The notes under the pieces were generated by a model. It did no database searches. It was not told the origin of the DNA and was given only the letters and a program-made list of their open reading frames with translations. From Octopus sinensis (taxonomy: Eukaryota), in NCBI RefSeq assembly GCF_006345805.1, contig NC_043026.1:12751579-12815578 (forward strand): a stretch of DNA of 64,000 nucleotides. The letters run 5' to 3'. Each line of letters opens with the position of its first letter. The first letter of the stretch is position 1. Below, one piece after another: positions 38,521-51,940 of this stretch. The translations under genes and the position numbers were made by a program.

Positions 38521-38694
38521 CAGTAATAAGAGAGTTGGCTGAATGAAGAAGAATGCAGATGCCATGAACCATAACTGCGAATGTCCTCCGTCAAAGTAAG
38601 AAGCTCTGCACTGACATCTTGTCCAAATTTGTTGAGACTGGAGAAATTTCTGAGCGGAAGATGACTGGAAATTGAAATTGAAAGGCTTCGGTAG
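38521..38694 (-). repeat. Diverged single-copy monomer of the 167-bp array unit, with homologous flanks
   Basis: Aligns by eye to the unit; flank 38290-38520 matches 24326-24560 in reverse. Confidence 0.85.
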
Positions 38695-38909
38695 TTCTTG
38701 GTCTTCATCTAAATCTAAATTGGTGATTCAATAATTGGCCAGGAAAGGATGAAAGCCAAAGTTGACCTCTGCAGAAACTGAACTCAGAACATAAAAGACA
38801 AACGGAATATCACTAAGCATTTTGTCCAATGTTCTGAGGAATTCTCCATCTTATTGCCCCTCTCCCTTCAGAAACTGGCGATAGACAGGAAAATGATGCT
38901 GATTTTATG

Positions 38910-39410
<501 letters not shown>

Positions 39411-39810
39411 TACTGGGAATTTTTTACATTATCTTTCTCTACTTTTCTGAGTCGGTCTTTTAAAATCATTTCGCTTGCCTTCTGAATTTGAGAGATAATT
39501 TATCACACATTCTCAAAATGACTGTTCTCCTTACACACATGCGTACACACTGTAATACAAATGTTATATGTTACTTCTTTCAGTGCAAAAGCAAAAATCA
39601 AAACTTTCCTTGTATGTAAACACATGTTTATGTATCATACTCCATGCTTCCACCACAAAAGGTGAACACAGAATAAACAATATATTCATACACAAAAATG
39701 TCTTCTGGTGATTCATATTAATCGCTTTTCTATTTAATACTGCACGCTTGTGCAGCCAACGTCAGCTGCTATGAAATGGTATGTAATTATGGTTCAGCTT
39801 GTCGTCGTAG

Positions 39811-40431
39811 ATTCAACACAAAATTATTCATACTGGAGAAAAGCCATTTCACTGTGATGTCTGTGGTAAATCATTCTGTGGGAGTAGTGACCTGACTACA
39901 CACACACGTACTCATACGGGAGAAGAACCATATCACTGTGTTATCTGTGGTAAATCATTCTCGACAACCTCCTATTTAATTCAACACAAACGTATTCACA
40001 CTGGAGAAAAGCCATTTCAATGTGATGTCTGCGATAAATCATTCTCTCGAATTGGTGACTTCACTCAACACAAACGTACTCATACAGGAGAAAGACCATA
40101 TAATTGTGATGTCTGTGGTAAATCATTCTCTAGAATTTCTTGTTTAAGTCAACACAAAGTTATTCATACTGGAGAAAAGCCATTTCACTGTGATGTCTGT
40201 GGTAAGTCATTCTCTCGAGATGGTGATTTGACTAAACACAAACGTACTCATACGGGTGAAAAACCATATAATTGTGACATCTGTGGTAAATCATTCTCTG
40301 AGAATAACAGCTTAACTAGTCACAAACGTATTCATACAGGGGAGAGACCGTATCAATGTGATGTCTGTGGTAAATCATTCTCTCAGAGAAGTAACTTAAC
40401 CAGGCATGCATCCATCCATGTAAAAGTTTGA
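39811..40431 (+). pseudogene. ZNF7: 5'-truncated copy of the last 7 fingers of ZNF5; open frame without ATG
   Basis: 206 open codons [13 protein letters not shown]...HASIHVKV* preceded by in-frame TAG at 39808-39810; helices identical to ZNF5 fingers 7-13. Confidence 0.85.
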
Positions 40432-41944
40432 TTATATCGTTGTCAAAATTCATTAAAACACCCAACAGCAAACAATATTTTAAAACCTTTTCACCTGCTG
40501 AATCATGGCTGCTACCCACCTCTCCTCTCCTCTCTTGCTCTCACAACTCCTTACTCTCTTCACTCCTACCCAAATTCTCTCTTCATTGGTACACCCCACC
40601 ACTCCACATGCACTAGCACTGACTACTTCACAGTACCTATACCACACACCTACACATAACCATCTACACACTCACACATTACAGACACACACACACAAGC
40701 GCACATCCATACGTCAACGTCACTAACCCCTATACACACACACACACACACATTCTCATATATGCACACACGTCTGTATCTGCATTTTGGGATCACCAAT
40801 GCTTTACCTCCCCTTCTTTCTACCTCTCCTGTCATACTTGACCGCTAAATCTTTTTCTTTTCTTTTCTCTCTCTCTCTCTCTGTTTATTTTCTATTTTTC
40901 CTCTCTGCTGAAGAGCATAGGCTTGAAACATAAAAGACTCACTTTCCTGAGTTTGAAACCAATAAACTTGCTTGTTCACACACCCGTCTTTGTGTTTTGC
41001 TTTTCTGTAAATTTCAACTATATATACATATATATTTCTTTACTACCCACAAGGGGCTAAACACAGAGGGGACAAACAAGGATAGACAAAGGGATTAAGT
41101 CGATTACATCGACCCCAGTGCGAAACTGGTACTTTATTTATCGACCCCGAAAGGATGAAAGACAAAGTTGACCCGAGTTCAAATTCCGCCGAGGTCGACT
41201 TTGCTTTTCATCCTTTTGGGGTCAATTAAATAAAGTACCAGTTTCACACTGGGGTCGATGTAATCGACTTAATCCCTTTTGTCTGTCCTTGTTTGGCCCC
41301 TCTGTGTTTAGCCCCCAGCAGCCACGTAAAGAGCACCCACTACACTCACGGAGTGGTTGGCGTTAGGAAGGGCATCCAGCCGTAGAAACATTGCCAGATC
41401 AGACTGGGCCTGGTGCAGCCTTCTGGCTTCCCAGACCCCAGTTGAACCGTCCAACCCATGCTAGCATGAAAAGCGGATGCTAAATGATGATGATGATGAT
41501 ATATATATAGTTGAAATTTGTCCAATGCTAGAGGGACAAACACATACACACACGCACATATATATATACATATATATGACAGACTTCTTTCAGTTTCCGT
41601 CTACCAAATCCACTCACAAGGCATTGGTCAGTCCGAGGCTATAGCAGAAGACACTTGCCCAAGATGCCATGCAGTGGGACTGAACCCGGAACCATATGGC
41701 TGGTAAGCAAGCAACTTACCACACAGCCACTCCTGCGCCTATGTATATACATATATATGTATGTATATACATATATATGTATGTATATACATATATATGT
41801 ATGTATGTACATATATATATACATGCACACATCCAAAAGTGGAGACTTTCAGACAATGAATATTTAAGTTAACTTTGATACTTTTAATTGTACCACTTAT
41901 AAATGCTGATGCGGACAAAGTATTAAGCCATGTCAATTTTATGA

Positions 41945-42187
41945 AATTGTTAATAGCACCAACCGATCGTAGCCGCTGCCAGACTCCCCTGGCACTTGTG
42001 CCAGTGACACGTAAGAAGCACCCACTACACTCATGGAGTGGTTGGCGTTAGGAAGGGCATCCAGCTGTAGAAATACTGCCAGATCAGACTGGATTCTGGT
42101 GCAGCCCCTGGCCTCCCAGATCCCCGGTCGAACCATCAACCCGTGCTAGCGCGGAAAACGGATGTTAAACGATGATGATGATGATGA
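41945..42187 (+). mobile_element. SINE family C 3' part
   Basis: Mirror of 30868-31110. Confidence 0.7.
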
Positions 42188-42490
42188 AGCGAACGCTTAG
42201 CAATAATTGGATCCATGGCTGCTTAGAAACTTCTGCTTTTAAATCTTCCAAAATATTCAGGAGTAAAAATAAAAGCAATTCCATTATCATGACAATATGT
42301 ATATCATCATTGGTGGCGCTGACTCGTGTCTGAGTAGTTACTCTATAGCGAGTGAGTGAGCCCCTTCATCTTGTTGGGTGCCCCTGAGGTGGCTGTTCAG
42401 GGAAAGGATGATATATATTTTTATTATGGAGATGTACTTGCATAGCAAGTGACCTGATCTGAGATCGTGTGCTGGAAGGAAAACAATTGC

Positions 42491-42752
42491 AGCATGGAAG
42501 GTGTTTATAAGCCATTTAAGAAACACACAAAAACCGTGAGATTCACTTCAACAATTAAATTTAATTTGTTAATATATTTTCATTTCTTTGAGGCTGAGAC
42601 ATATTCACTGCAGGACAGAATTTTGTCAGTGAACAGGTCGTGGTCTGAAAGCGACGAAAATATTTTGACAAATTAAATTTAAATGTTGAAGTGAATCTAA
42701 CGGTTTTTGTGTGTTTCTTAAATGGCTTAGAAACACCTTCCATGCTGCGATT

Positions 42753-42760
<8 letters not shown>
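42491..42760. mobile_element. Inverted-repeat element (~95-bp arms), probable Penelope-like LTR pair, right arm only
   Basis: AGCATGGAAGGTGTTT...AATTAAATTTAATTTG vs CAAATTAAATTTAA...AAACACCTTCCATGCT; hammerhead-like fold at 42622-42672. Confidence 0.55.
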
Positions 42761-42797
<37 letters not shown>

Positions 42798-42799
42798 TA

Positions 42800-43200
42800 T
42801 ATATTTCATTTCATTTCATTTGAGTTTGAGTCCATGCTCAGGCCAAGTCGAAGACTCCACCCTCAAAGTCTGGTGTGGTTGCCAGGTTGTATTCTCTGTT
42901 TAATTTTGACATGTGTAGGAGCGAGTTTGAGTCAGTTTGTGCTCGTTGTGTATATCCTGGGAGATGGGGTTCATCTCTTATGGTGCTTAAGTATCTATCC
43001 AGCTGCAATTTGAATGATTCCACACTGCATCCTGATAGATTTCTGACATGTACCGGAATGGAGTTGAATAGTTGTGCTCCTCGAACCAACAGACTTGACT
43101 CTCGCAGGGTTTTTGCTGATGATGAGAACCTAATAATGTTTGAAAATCGATTTAGGTTGTTCATTATTTTCAGTCTGCAGAGAAACAGGTAAAAATTTGT
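42800..43200 (-). mobile_element. CR1/L2-group LINE 3' end, right arm only
   Basis: Translation RGAQLFNSIPVHVRN...FKLQLDRYLSTIRDEP...SNSLL; (TGAAA)n tail. Confidence 0.75.
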
Positions 43201-43339
43201 CATGCTTAAATTATACCATATTTTACATATATATATATATATTGTAGTGAATTAATTTAGATATAAAGTAGATTCGAACCTAAATCGGCAAATTCCCCCA
43301 AATATCGATGTTAGTAATTCAATATTATGAATTTCGTCG

Positions 43340-44400
43340 ACCCTGAAAGGATGAAAGGTGGAATTTGAAGTCAGGCCGTAGCGACGAGTGAAATACCAGT
43401 TTTGACAGCACGTAAAAGATTCTTATTTCTTTACTGCTCACAAGGGGCTAATTAAGTCGATTACTGCGTAACTGGTACTTAATTTATCGACCCCGAAGGG
43501 TTAAAAGACAAAGTCGACCTCGGCAGAATTTGAACTCACAACATAGCGGCAGACGAAATACCGCTAAGAATTTCGCCCGGCGCGCTAACGTTTCTGTCAG
43601 CTCGCCGCCTTATGCTTGGTTAACCACAATTAAGTATAAAATATATCTTTTAGAACATCGTCACCAAGGCCGTTGCTGGGAACAACGAAGATGCGTTTAT
43701 CACAGCCAAGATATTAACCACAGTAACCATGGTGATTTGCATCAAAATATTATTACTATTTTTTTCCCTTCTTTCTTCAAATTTTCTTCCGTTTCTCGCC
43801 GAGTGTTTTCCGTTACAACCTGTTTCACCCAGGAGAATATCAATAACATATTTTTGTATGTTTTACACGGAGATTTTGGTGTGAGTAAATATATTTTCAC
43901 ACTAAATATTGATTTGTATTGCATATATTTCTTTATTGCCCACAAGGGGCTAAACATAGAGGGGACAAACAAAGGCAGACAAAGGGAAAAAGTCGATTAC
44001 ATCGACTCCAGTGCGTAACTGGTACTTTATTTATCGACCCCGAAAGGATTAAAGGCAAAGTTGAACTCAGAACGTTGCGGCAGACGAAATACTGCTAAGC
44101 ATTGCGGCCGGCGTGCTAACGATTCTGCCAGCTCGCCGCCTTATTGATTTCTTTAGAATAACATGTAAGATATACATACGTGTTTCTTTATTGCCCAGAA
44201 GGGGACAAACAAGGACAGACAAACGGATTAAGTCGATTACATCGACCCCAGTGCATAACTGGTACTTTATTTATCGACCCCGAAAGGATTAAAGGAAAAG
44301 TCGACCTCGGCGGAATTTGAACCCAGAACGTAGCGGCGGACGAAATACGGCTACACATTTCGCCCGGCGTGCTAACGATTCTGCCAGCTCGCCGCCTTTA
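43340..44400 (-). mobile_element. Several SINE family B copies flanking the distal exon-1 module
   Basis: Family B cores at ~43340-43612, 43925-44143 and 44185-44400. Confidence 0.7.
43785..43880 (+). promoter_or_regulatory. Distal exon-1-like module of ZNF8
   Basis: GGAGATTTTGGT|GTGAGT donor at 43881; mirror of 29904-30000. Confidence 0.5.
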
Positions 44401-45030
44401 CATACCTATCTATCGATTGATCATACGTGCCGGACTTCTTGTCTGGCTTCCAGAAATCCGGGAATATGCCGACTTGAAAAATACACCCTTCCCCCACCCC
44501 ACATATATAAAAAAAAAAGAAGAAATTTTTACGGTGAGCAACGATCTTCTTCTTCAAATGTAAACAAAAGACCGTTCACCAGTTTGACTGCAACGGTACC
44601 CATACCGTAATTTAGCCTCTTAGGCAATTATTGATCATAATATTCCATGCTTCCTGAGATTCACCAACACTACACCTGATCTTTCTCCCCTCCATACACA
44701 CACAAACACGTATCTGACTCATACACTGTTCGCTTCCCAGGCATTTCTACATTACTCCATATGCTTTATTACACACTTTCTGACAGGTTGTGGGGCACCT
44801 GAGCCCTGGATACAATAATTTCGTTATTATTATTATTATTATTATGAAATAAGGGTTTCAAATTTTGCCAGAAGGGAGCGATTTGGGGAGAAGGGGACGA
44901 GACGATTATATCGAGCGCAGAGTTTTCATAGTACCTATTTCCTCCTCCCCTTTTGGAGCGGAGGGAATAAGTACCCCTTAAGGAGTTGGTTCTGGGGACG
45001 GGGGGGGGGGATATCCGCAGGTCGAAAGAG

Positions 45031-45143
45031 GGGGCGGATTACTTTTATCACATGACACCCCACACTTCCGTTTCCGCTACATCCTGCCTGACGCGGGAGA
45101 AGAACCGTAAAGTGTTTTTGTTTGTTTTTCACGAGATTTTGAG
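45031..45143 (+). promoter_or_regulatory. ZNF8 proximal promoter / exon 1
   Basis: GGGGCGGA, ATCACATGAC (45047-45056), ACTTCCGTTTCCGC (45064-45077), GAGATTTTGAG|GTGAGT donor at 45144. Confidence 0.72.
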
Positions 45144-45807
45144 GTGAGTAAACATATTTTCACTCTAAATATTGATTTGTGTAGCATAACAAGTAAGATA
45201 TCCACACCTATCTATCGATCGATCGATCGTAGGTGCCGGATCTCTTATCCGGCTTCCAGAAATCCGGGAATACTTATACCGTGTATAAGATGACCAGGTT
45301 TTCATCTTTACACTTTGTGGGTCCTGAGGGACGACTGTGGCCTTCCTTGCTGCCTCCCCCTTCTCTGGTCATATCTAATTCGGATTGTTTTCCTCCTCCA
45401 GAGCACACAACACTACGCTTCAGTGAGCGATGTTGAGCAGAATCTTCCAAAGTTAGACTAAGTTTCACCAAAGAACAGACGGAATTACACCCTCAACACA
45501 ACACGGCCTAATTTCCTATTTTACAAACGTAAAATCGATTCACAGTCGAAATTGCATCAATGAATTGCACGAGTATTCTTGTCGCAGTGGACCTTATGAG
45601 AAATGGCACTTTGCCAGTTCTTCGCAGTCGCAGCATATCTCCAGAGGTCTCGGTTTTTTTGTCATTGCCTCTGTGAGGCATAATGTTCAAAGGCCATGCT
45701 TCACTACCTCATCCCATGTCTTCCTGGGGCTACCTCAACCCCGGATTCATTCAACTGTTTGGGAGTGGTACTTTATTTACACAGCTCTCCTCATCCAATG
45801 TATGTGC

Positions 45808-45856
<49 letters not shown>

Positions 45857-46401
45857 AGTGTGATGGAGTAGTTGTAGTCTACAAATTTTTAGATTTCACC
45901 CAATGATGTCAATATAGAAATGTTATAACATTTCTCTTTTGATCTCTCCTCTCTATCTAAATACTGTTTCTTTATTATTTCAGATTAACGGATGACATTG
46001 GCATAAAACGACTTTTGTTCATAGGAGACATTTGGAATATTTACCATATTTTAAAGACTAAAGGAAAACGTTTTAGGGAACAAATATAATAACCCTACTG
46101 CTATAAATCTGGGATTGAATTACTGTGAAATATTGGCTCTCACCTGAGATTCATACCAACATTTCTCCATCTCCTTACCTGGTGCTTTTGCTTTCTAATT
46201 AAATTTGAATATATTTTTAAAGGGGTTTGCAGCATCTTTAGATATTTATAATGATCACAGTTGATAGCAGTAGAAATATTTCTAAGGAGTAAATTATTAC
46301 AAAAGAACAAGAAAAAGGAAATTATATGATTTGGTCAGAGAAGAAAAATTTAATATTGTGAGAAACTTCAATGGTTGGGTTGATTTGTATCCTTTAGAGA
46401 A

Positions 46402-47265
46402 ATGTCAAAAGAACTGAGAAAATCAAAACATTGGTGTGAAATCTGTGGTAAATCATTCTTTAGAAGTACTGAGTTGATTAAACACATTCGTGTTCATACA
46501 GGTGAGAAGCCATTTGACTGTGATACCTGTGGTAAATCATTCTCTCTAAGACATCACTTAACTGAACATAAACGTATTCATACTGGGGAGCGGCCACATC
46601 ACTGTGATGTCTGTGGTAAATCATTCTCTGCAAGTAGTACGTTAACTAAACACAAACGTATTCACACAGGAGAGAAACCATATCCCTGTGATATCTGTGG
46701 TAAGGCATTCACTGAGAATGGTCACTTACACAGACACAAACGTTTTCATACAGGAGAAAAGCCATTTCAATGTGTCACCTGTGGTAAGTCATTCTCTGAA
46801 GGTAATGCCTTAACAACACACAAACGTATTCACACAGGAGAGAAGCCATATCGCTGCAATATCTGTGGTACATCATTTTCTGAATGCGGAGTCTTAGTAA
46901 GACACAGACGTATTCACACGGGAGAGAGACCGTATCACTGTGTTATCTGTGGTAAATCATTCTCTGGAATTAATGACTTGACTAGACACAAACGTATTCA
47001 CACAGGGGAGAGACCATATCAGTGTGACACCTGTGGTAAATCATTCACTGCAAAACAGAACTTAATTAAGCACAGACGTGTTCATACAGGGGAGAAACCA
47101 TATCACTGTGACATCTGTGATAAATCATTCTCTCAGAGCAACAGCTTAACTACTCACAAACGTATTCATACGAGAGAAAAACCACATCACTGTGATATCT
47201 GTGGTAAATCTTTCTCTCAGAGAAGTAACTTAACTACACATGCATCTGTCCATGCGAAAGTGTGA
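46402..47265 (+). CDS. ZNF8: C2H2 zinc-finger protein, 10 fingers, 287 aa (arm paralog of ZNF4)
   Basis: Intact ORF; acceptor ends at 45983. Confidence 0.93.
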   Translation: MSKELRKSKHWCEICGKSFFRSTELIKHIRVHTGEKPFDCDTCGKSFSLRHHLTEHKRIHTGERPHHCDVCGKSFSASSTLTKHKRIHTGEKPYPCDICGKAFTENGHLHRHKRFHTGEKPFQCVTCGKSFSEGNALTTHKRIHTGEKPYRCNICGTSFSECGVLVRHRRIHTGERPYHCVICGKSFSGINDLTRHKRIHTGERPYQCDTCGKSFTAKQNLIKHRRVHTGEKPYHCDICDKSFSQSNSLTTHKRIHTREKPHHCDICGKSFSQRSNLTTHASVHAKV

Positions 47266-48028
47266 TTGTATCATTGTCAGAATTCATTAGAACATCCAAC
47301 AACAGCCGAAATCTTAAAACCGTTCTCTCTGGTAAATCACGGCTTAACCTTTGTGCCCTTAACAGTAACCATACTCATCAAAGTTACCACGTTGAGATGT
47401 TTTTTTATAGTCAGATGCCCTTCCTTATGCCAACCACTTTAGTAGATTCTTACCTGGCATTCACATAGTTTACCTGGACACAGGTTGCTTTTTAAAATCC
47501 ATTCCATTCAGAAAATAACTTGTAAACATAAATTTATTCACATAGTAAAAAAAAGATATGTGTGTGTGATAACAAATTGTTATCAATATACAGATCAATA
47601 TACAGACGGATAGGTATGTAGACTATATGAACAGACACATTTGGAGACACAGATCCTCACATATAAAGATGCACATCCATACATACAAACATGGTACATA
47701 GTTACATAACACACACACACACGCAAGGAGACAGAGGTGCATATATACACAAACACAGACAGGCAAGCACATGAATGTGTATTCTATCCATTCTATTCAG
47801 GACCAAGTTGAAGATTGTGTTTTGGAGAAAAAAGAAGACAGGGCAATGTTGTTTCTTACACTCCCAAGAAGAGGCATAAGGTTGCGGACAAACCATTTCT
47901 CGAATCTGTCGAGTGTTTTGTGAAAAAAACCCCCCAAAAAACACGACCTTGGAGCCTTACCAAAGACAAGAATCTGGATATTCTCTGTGTAGAAGTGAAA
48001 TTTTATCATAAACATATGTGGTGCTGCA

Positions 48029-49037
48029 CAGTAATAAGAGACCTGGGTGAATGAAGAAGAATGCAAATGCCATGAATTGTATTATGAATGCCCTCGATTG
48101 ATGCAAGAAGCTCTGCAATGACATCTGGACCCAATTTGTTGAGACTGGAGAAGTTTCAGAGCAGAAGTTGACTGGAAATGGAAATCCAAAATCTTCAGTA
48201 ATAAGAGACCCGGGTGAATGAAGAAGAATGCAAATGCCATGAATTGTATTATGAATGCCCTCGATTGATGCAAGAAGCTCTGCAATGACATCTGGACCCA
48301 ATTTGTTGAGACTGGAGAAGTTTCAGAGCAGAAGTTGACTGGAAATGGAAATCCAAAATCTTCAGTAATAAGAGACCCGGGTGAATGAAGAAGAATGCAA
48401 ATGCCATGAATTGTATTATGAATGCCCTCGATTGATGCAAGAAGCTCTGCAATGACATCTGGACCCAATTTGTTGAGACTGGAGAAGTTTCAGAGCAGAA
48501 GTTGACTGGAAATGGAAATCCAAAATCTTCAGTAATAAGAGACCCGGGTGAATGAAGAAGAATGCAAATGCCATGAATTGTATTATGAATGCCCTCGATT
48601 GATGCAAGAAGCTCTGCAATGACATCTGGACCCAATTTGTTGAGACTGGAGAAGTTTCAGAGCAGAAGTTGACTGGAAATGGAAATCCAAAATCTTCAGT
48701 AATAAGAGACCCGGGTGAATGAAGAAGAATGCAAATGCCATGAATTGTATTATGAATGCCCTCGATTGATGCAAGAAGCTCTGCAATGACATCTGGACCC
48801 AATTTGTTGAGACTGGAGAAGTTTCAGAGCAGAAGTTGACTGGAAATGGAAATCCAAAATCTTCAGTAATAAGAGACCCGGGTGAATGAAGAAGAATGCA
48901 AATGCCATGGATTGTATTATGAATGCCCTCGATTGATGCAAGAAGCTCTGCAATGACATCTGGACCCAATTTGTTGAGACTGGAGAAGTTTCAGGGGTAG
49001 AAGTTGACTGGAAATGGAAATCCAAAATCTTCAGTAA
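48029..49037 (-). repeat. 167-bp tandem array, 6 units (mirror of 20818-24326)
   Basis: CAGTAA boundaries at 48029 and 49032 (1003 bp). Confidence 0.97.
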
Positions 49038-50281
49038 ATCCTGATCTTCATCTAAATCTTAATTTGGTGATTCAATACTGTTGCTCTTTAAATATTTACA
49101 GAGATTTTTTTTCTCTGAAGGATATATATATATATATATATGTATATATATTCCACTGATAGTGTTTAGAAGACCTTGTAACTTCTGCGATGGTGTTAAT
49201 AGATGGGACCAATGCCAAGACAGACATTCATTTCAGTGGAATCCCCTCGACTGTCCCTTATTAGGGTGTGTATTATGTCTTCCCCTCCCCCCACTACAAT
49301 CCCTTTCCTCCACCTCCTCCCCAACACCACTCTCTCCTCTCTCTGTCTTCTAGTCTCCCACTTCCAACTGTATCATTTCTCTCTTTCTGCTCCTCAATAT
49401 ACAAAGCTTCACCACTCACTGCATCCCCCTCCCTTTTCCTCCCCCTCTTCTCTTACACTCACAAACCCACCTCCCTCACTGCAACAGTCTTTCTCTTTCT
49501 CTTGCATATTAATCCTCAGACTTCTTCAGCAGATGCAGTTACATTCCATCCATGACTCTCCTGTTTTTTGGGGGTTTTTTCTGATGTTCTTTATCCAGCA
49601 TTAAATCAGCAAGTAATCTCTAGTTTTCAGGACCAGAAGGTTTAAATTGCATAGAATTTAGCTGTTGTTTCTAGCAGGTGAAGTGACCATATATTGATCA
49701 AACAAAAACAAAATATTGATAAACAAATAAAATTCAGCTGAATATATTCTTTTCTTCTTTTACCTGTTTCTCTGTTTGTAGCCCCTGGCAACGGACAGGG
49801 AGATGGGATTCTATCTGTTTCCACTTCTGTTCTAAACTGGATACAAATACTATGTCGAAATTGCTTCTCAAAATATGTATCTTATGTAACCATAAATATA
49901 AAATATCTTCTAGAACCATAAACGGACACAGGACAGACAATGTAATCTTGTATATGAGAGCAACTACGGACTTTGTATTTTATATGAGAAGTCCCAACCA
50001 ACGGAGCGCATATCGGAACCCACCTGTGGAACTTTTGCTACCAGGCTGCAAAGAAATAATTCATTTGTTTAAAATTATATAATAATTAAATTGAATATTG
50101 GACTTGAATTTTAAAAGAATTGTTTAAATATTCAATATTCATCTCTGCTCAATACTCTCATAACTGTAACCACATTTATAATTAAAGTATAATTCTATAA
50201 TTACTGAGTATTTTACATCTACCATTACTATCTATAATAACATTGGCTACATTTTGCAATTAATGTATATTTTTTATTTAT

Positions 50282-50437
50282 AGGCGCAGGAGTGGTAAGT
50301 AGCTTGCTAACCAACCACATGGTTCCGGGTTCAGTCCCACTGTGTGGCACCTTGGGCAAGTGTCTTCTGCTATAGCCCCAGGCCGACCACAGCCTTGTGA
50401 GTGGATTTGGTAGACAGAAACTGAAAGAAGCCCGTCG

Positions 50438-50495
<58 letters not shown>

Positions 50496-50695
50496 TGTGT
50501 GTCTGTGTTTGTCCCAGTAGCATTGCTTGACAACCGATGCTGGTGTGTTTATGTCCCCGTTACTTAGCGGTTCGGCAAAAGAGACCGATGGAATACGTAC
50601 TGGGCTTACAAAAGAATCAGTCCCGGGGTCGAGTTGCTCGATTAAAGGCGGTGCTCCAGCATGGCCGCAGTCAAATTACTGAAACAAGAAAGAGA
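50282..50695 (+). mobile_element. SINE family A
   Basis: Mirror of 19165-19545. Confidence 0.9.
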
Positions 50696-50989
50696 GTATG
50701 TAATTCAACTAATTTTCAGATTCAAAAGAAATTCGCTACATGAGAGAGAAAAAAATTATACACTTTGTCTTCTCTTTAATAAATCACTCTTTTATTATTT
50801 CCCCTCTGAATCGAAATGCAATGGAATCATCCATGTACCACAACCGGTCCGCATAATTATTGTCTGGCACGAAGCCGGTCCATTGTAGAAAAAAGGTTGG
50901 AGGGCACCGTTTCATATATACATCTTGTCCACGACTCTATCTATGCAAGGGAGATAACTTAGCATTGCGATATTTTTAATAAAATCTTA

Positions 50990-51420
50990 AATATAATGAA
51001 ATTATTGTATACAGTGCTCATGTGCACCACAACTTGTCAGAAAGTGCGTATAAAGCATATGCAGTAATGTAGAAATGTCTGGAAAGCGAACAGTGTATGA
51101 GTCAGATACATGCTTGTGTGTGTATGGAGGGGAGAAAATCAGGTGTAGTGTTGGCGAATCTCAGGAAGCATGGAAGTTTTGAAGGATGCAGTGCTCCGAC
51201 AACTAACAACTGATGCCGGCAGTTTGTTCCATGCTTCAGCAACTCTCAGCGTGAAAAAATGTTTCCTGAAGTCATGGGAGCTGTGCTGTTTTCTGACTTT
51301 GCAAACATGTCCATGGGTGTTAGACAGGTGGAGTTTGAAAAGGTGCTCAGAGTTATTGTTTGTAAGATGGTTAATAATTTTATGGGTGTCTGCCAAGTCA
51401 GCTGTTGTTGGTTGCAGTGA
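50990..51420 (-). mobile_element. CR1-like LINE 3' end
   Basis: ORF 51139-51576 ends FFTLRVAEAWNKLPASVV...RQHYT. Confidence 0.85.
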
Positions 51421-51696
51421 AGCTGCATTAGTTTTGTTGATTCTGTTGTTCTTATTGTTGTTGTTGTTTGTGTTGAGGCTTTGAGAGCCACAGGGGAGCA
51501 TCTCTTTAGGTTTGGTTCCCGGCCACACTTGACCAACATTCATGTCTGGCAGAGTTGGGCCTTGCTTTGCTGGCAAGTAGTGGGATTAGATTCATCTTCA
51601 TCTCTTACAACTACAACATTGCCTGCAGAAGAGGTCACCAGGTTGTCAAATATTAATTGTTGTTGGGTGTTTTAACGATGTTTGACAATGATGCAA

Positions 51697-51940
51697 TCAC
51701 ACTTTTACATGGACAGATGCATGTGTAGTTAAGTTACTTCTCCGAGAGAATGTTTAACCCCAGATACTACAGTGATATAGTCTCTCCCCTGAATGAATAC
51801 GTTGGTGTCGTGTTAAGTTCGGGGTTGTCAGAGGATTTACCACAGGTATCACAGTAAAATGGCTCCTCACCTGTATGAAAACGTTTGTCTGTAGTCAAGT
51901 CAGTAATTCCAGAGAATGATTTACCACAGATTTATCACAC
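51697..51940 (-). pseudogene. Decayed zinc fingers downstream of the ZNF9 stop
   Basis: Mirror of 17565-17811. Confidence 0.8.
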
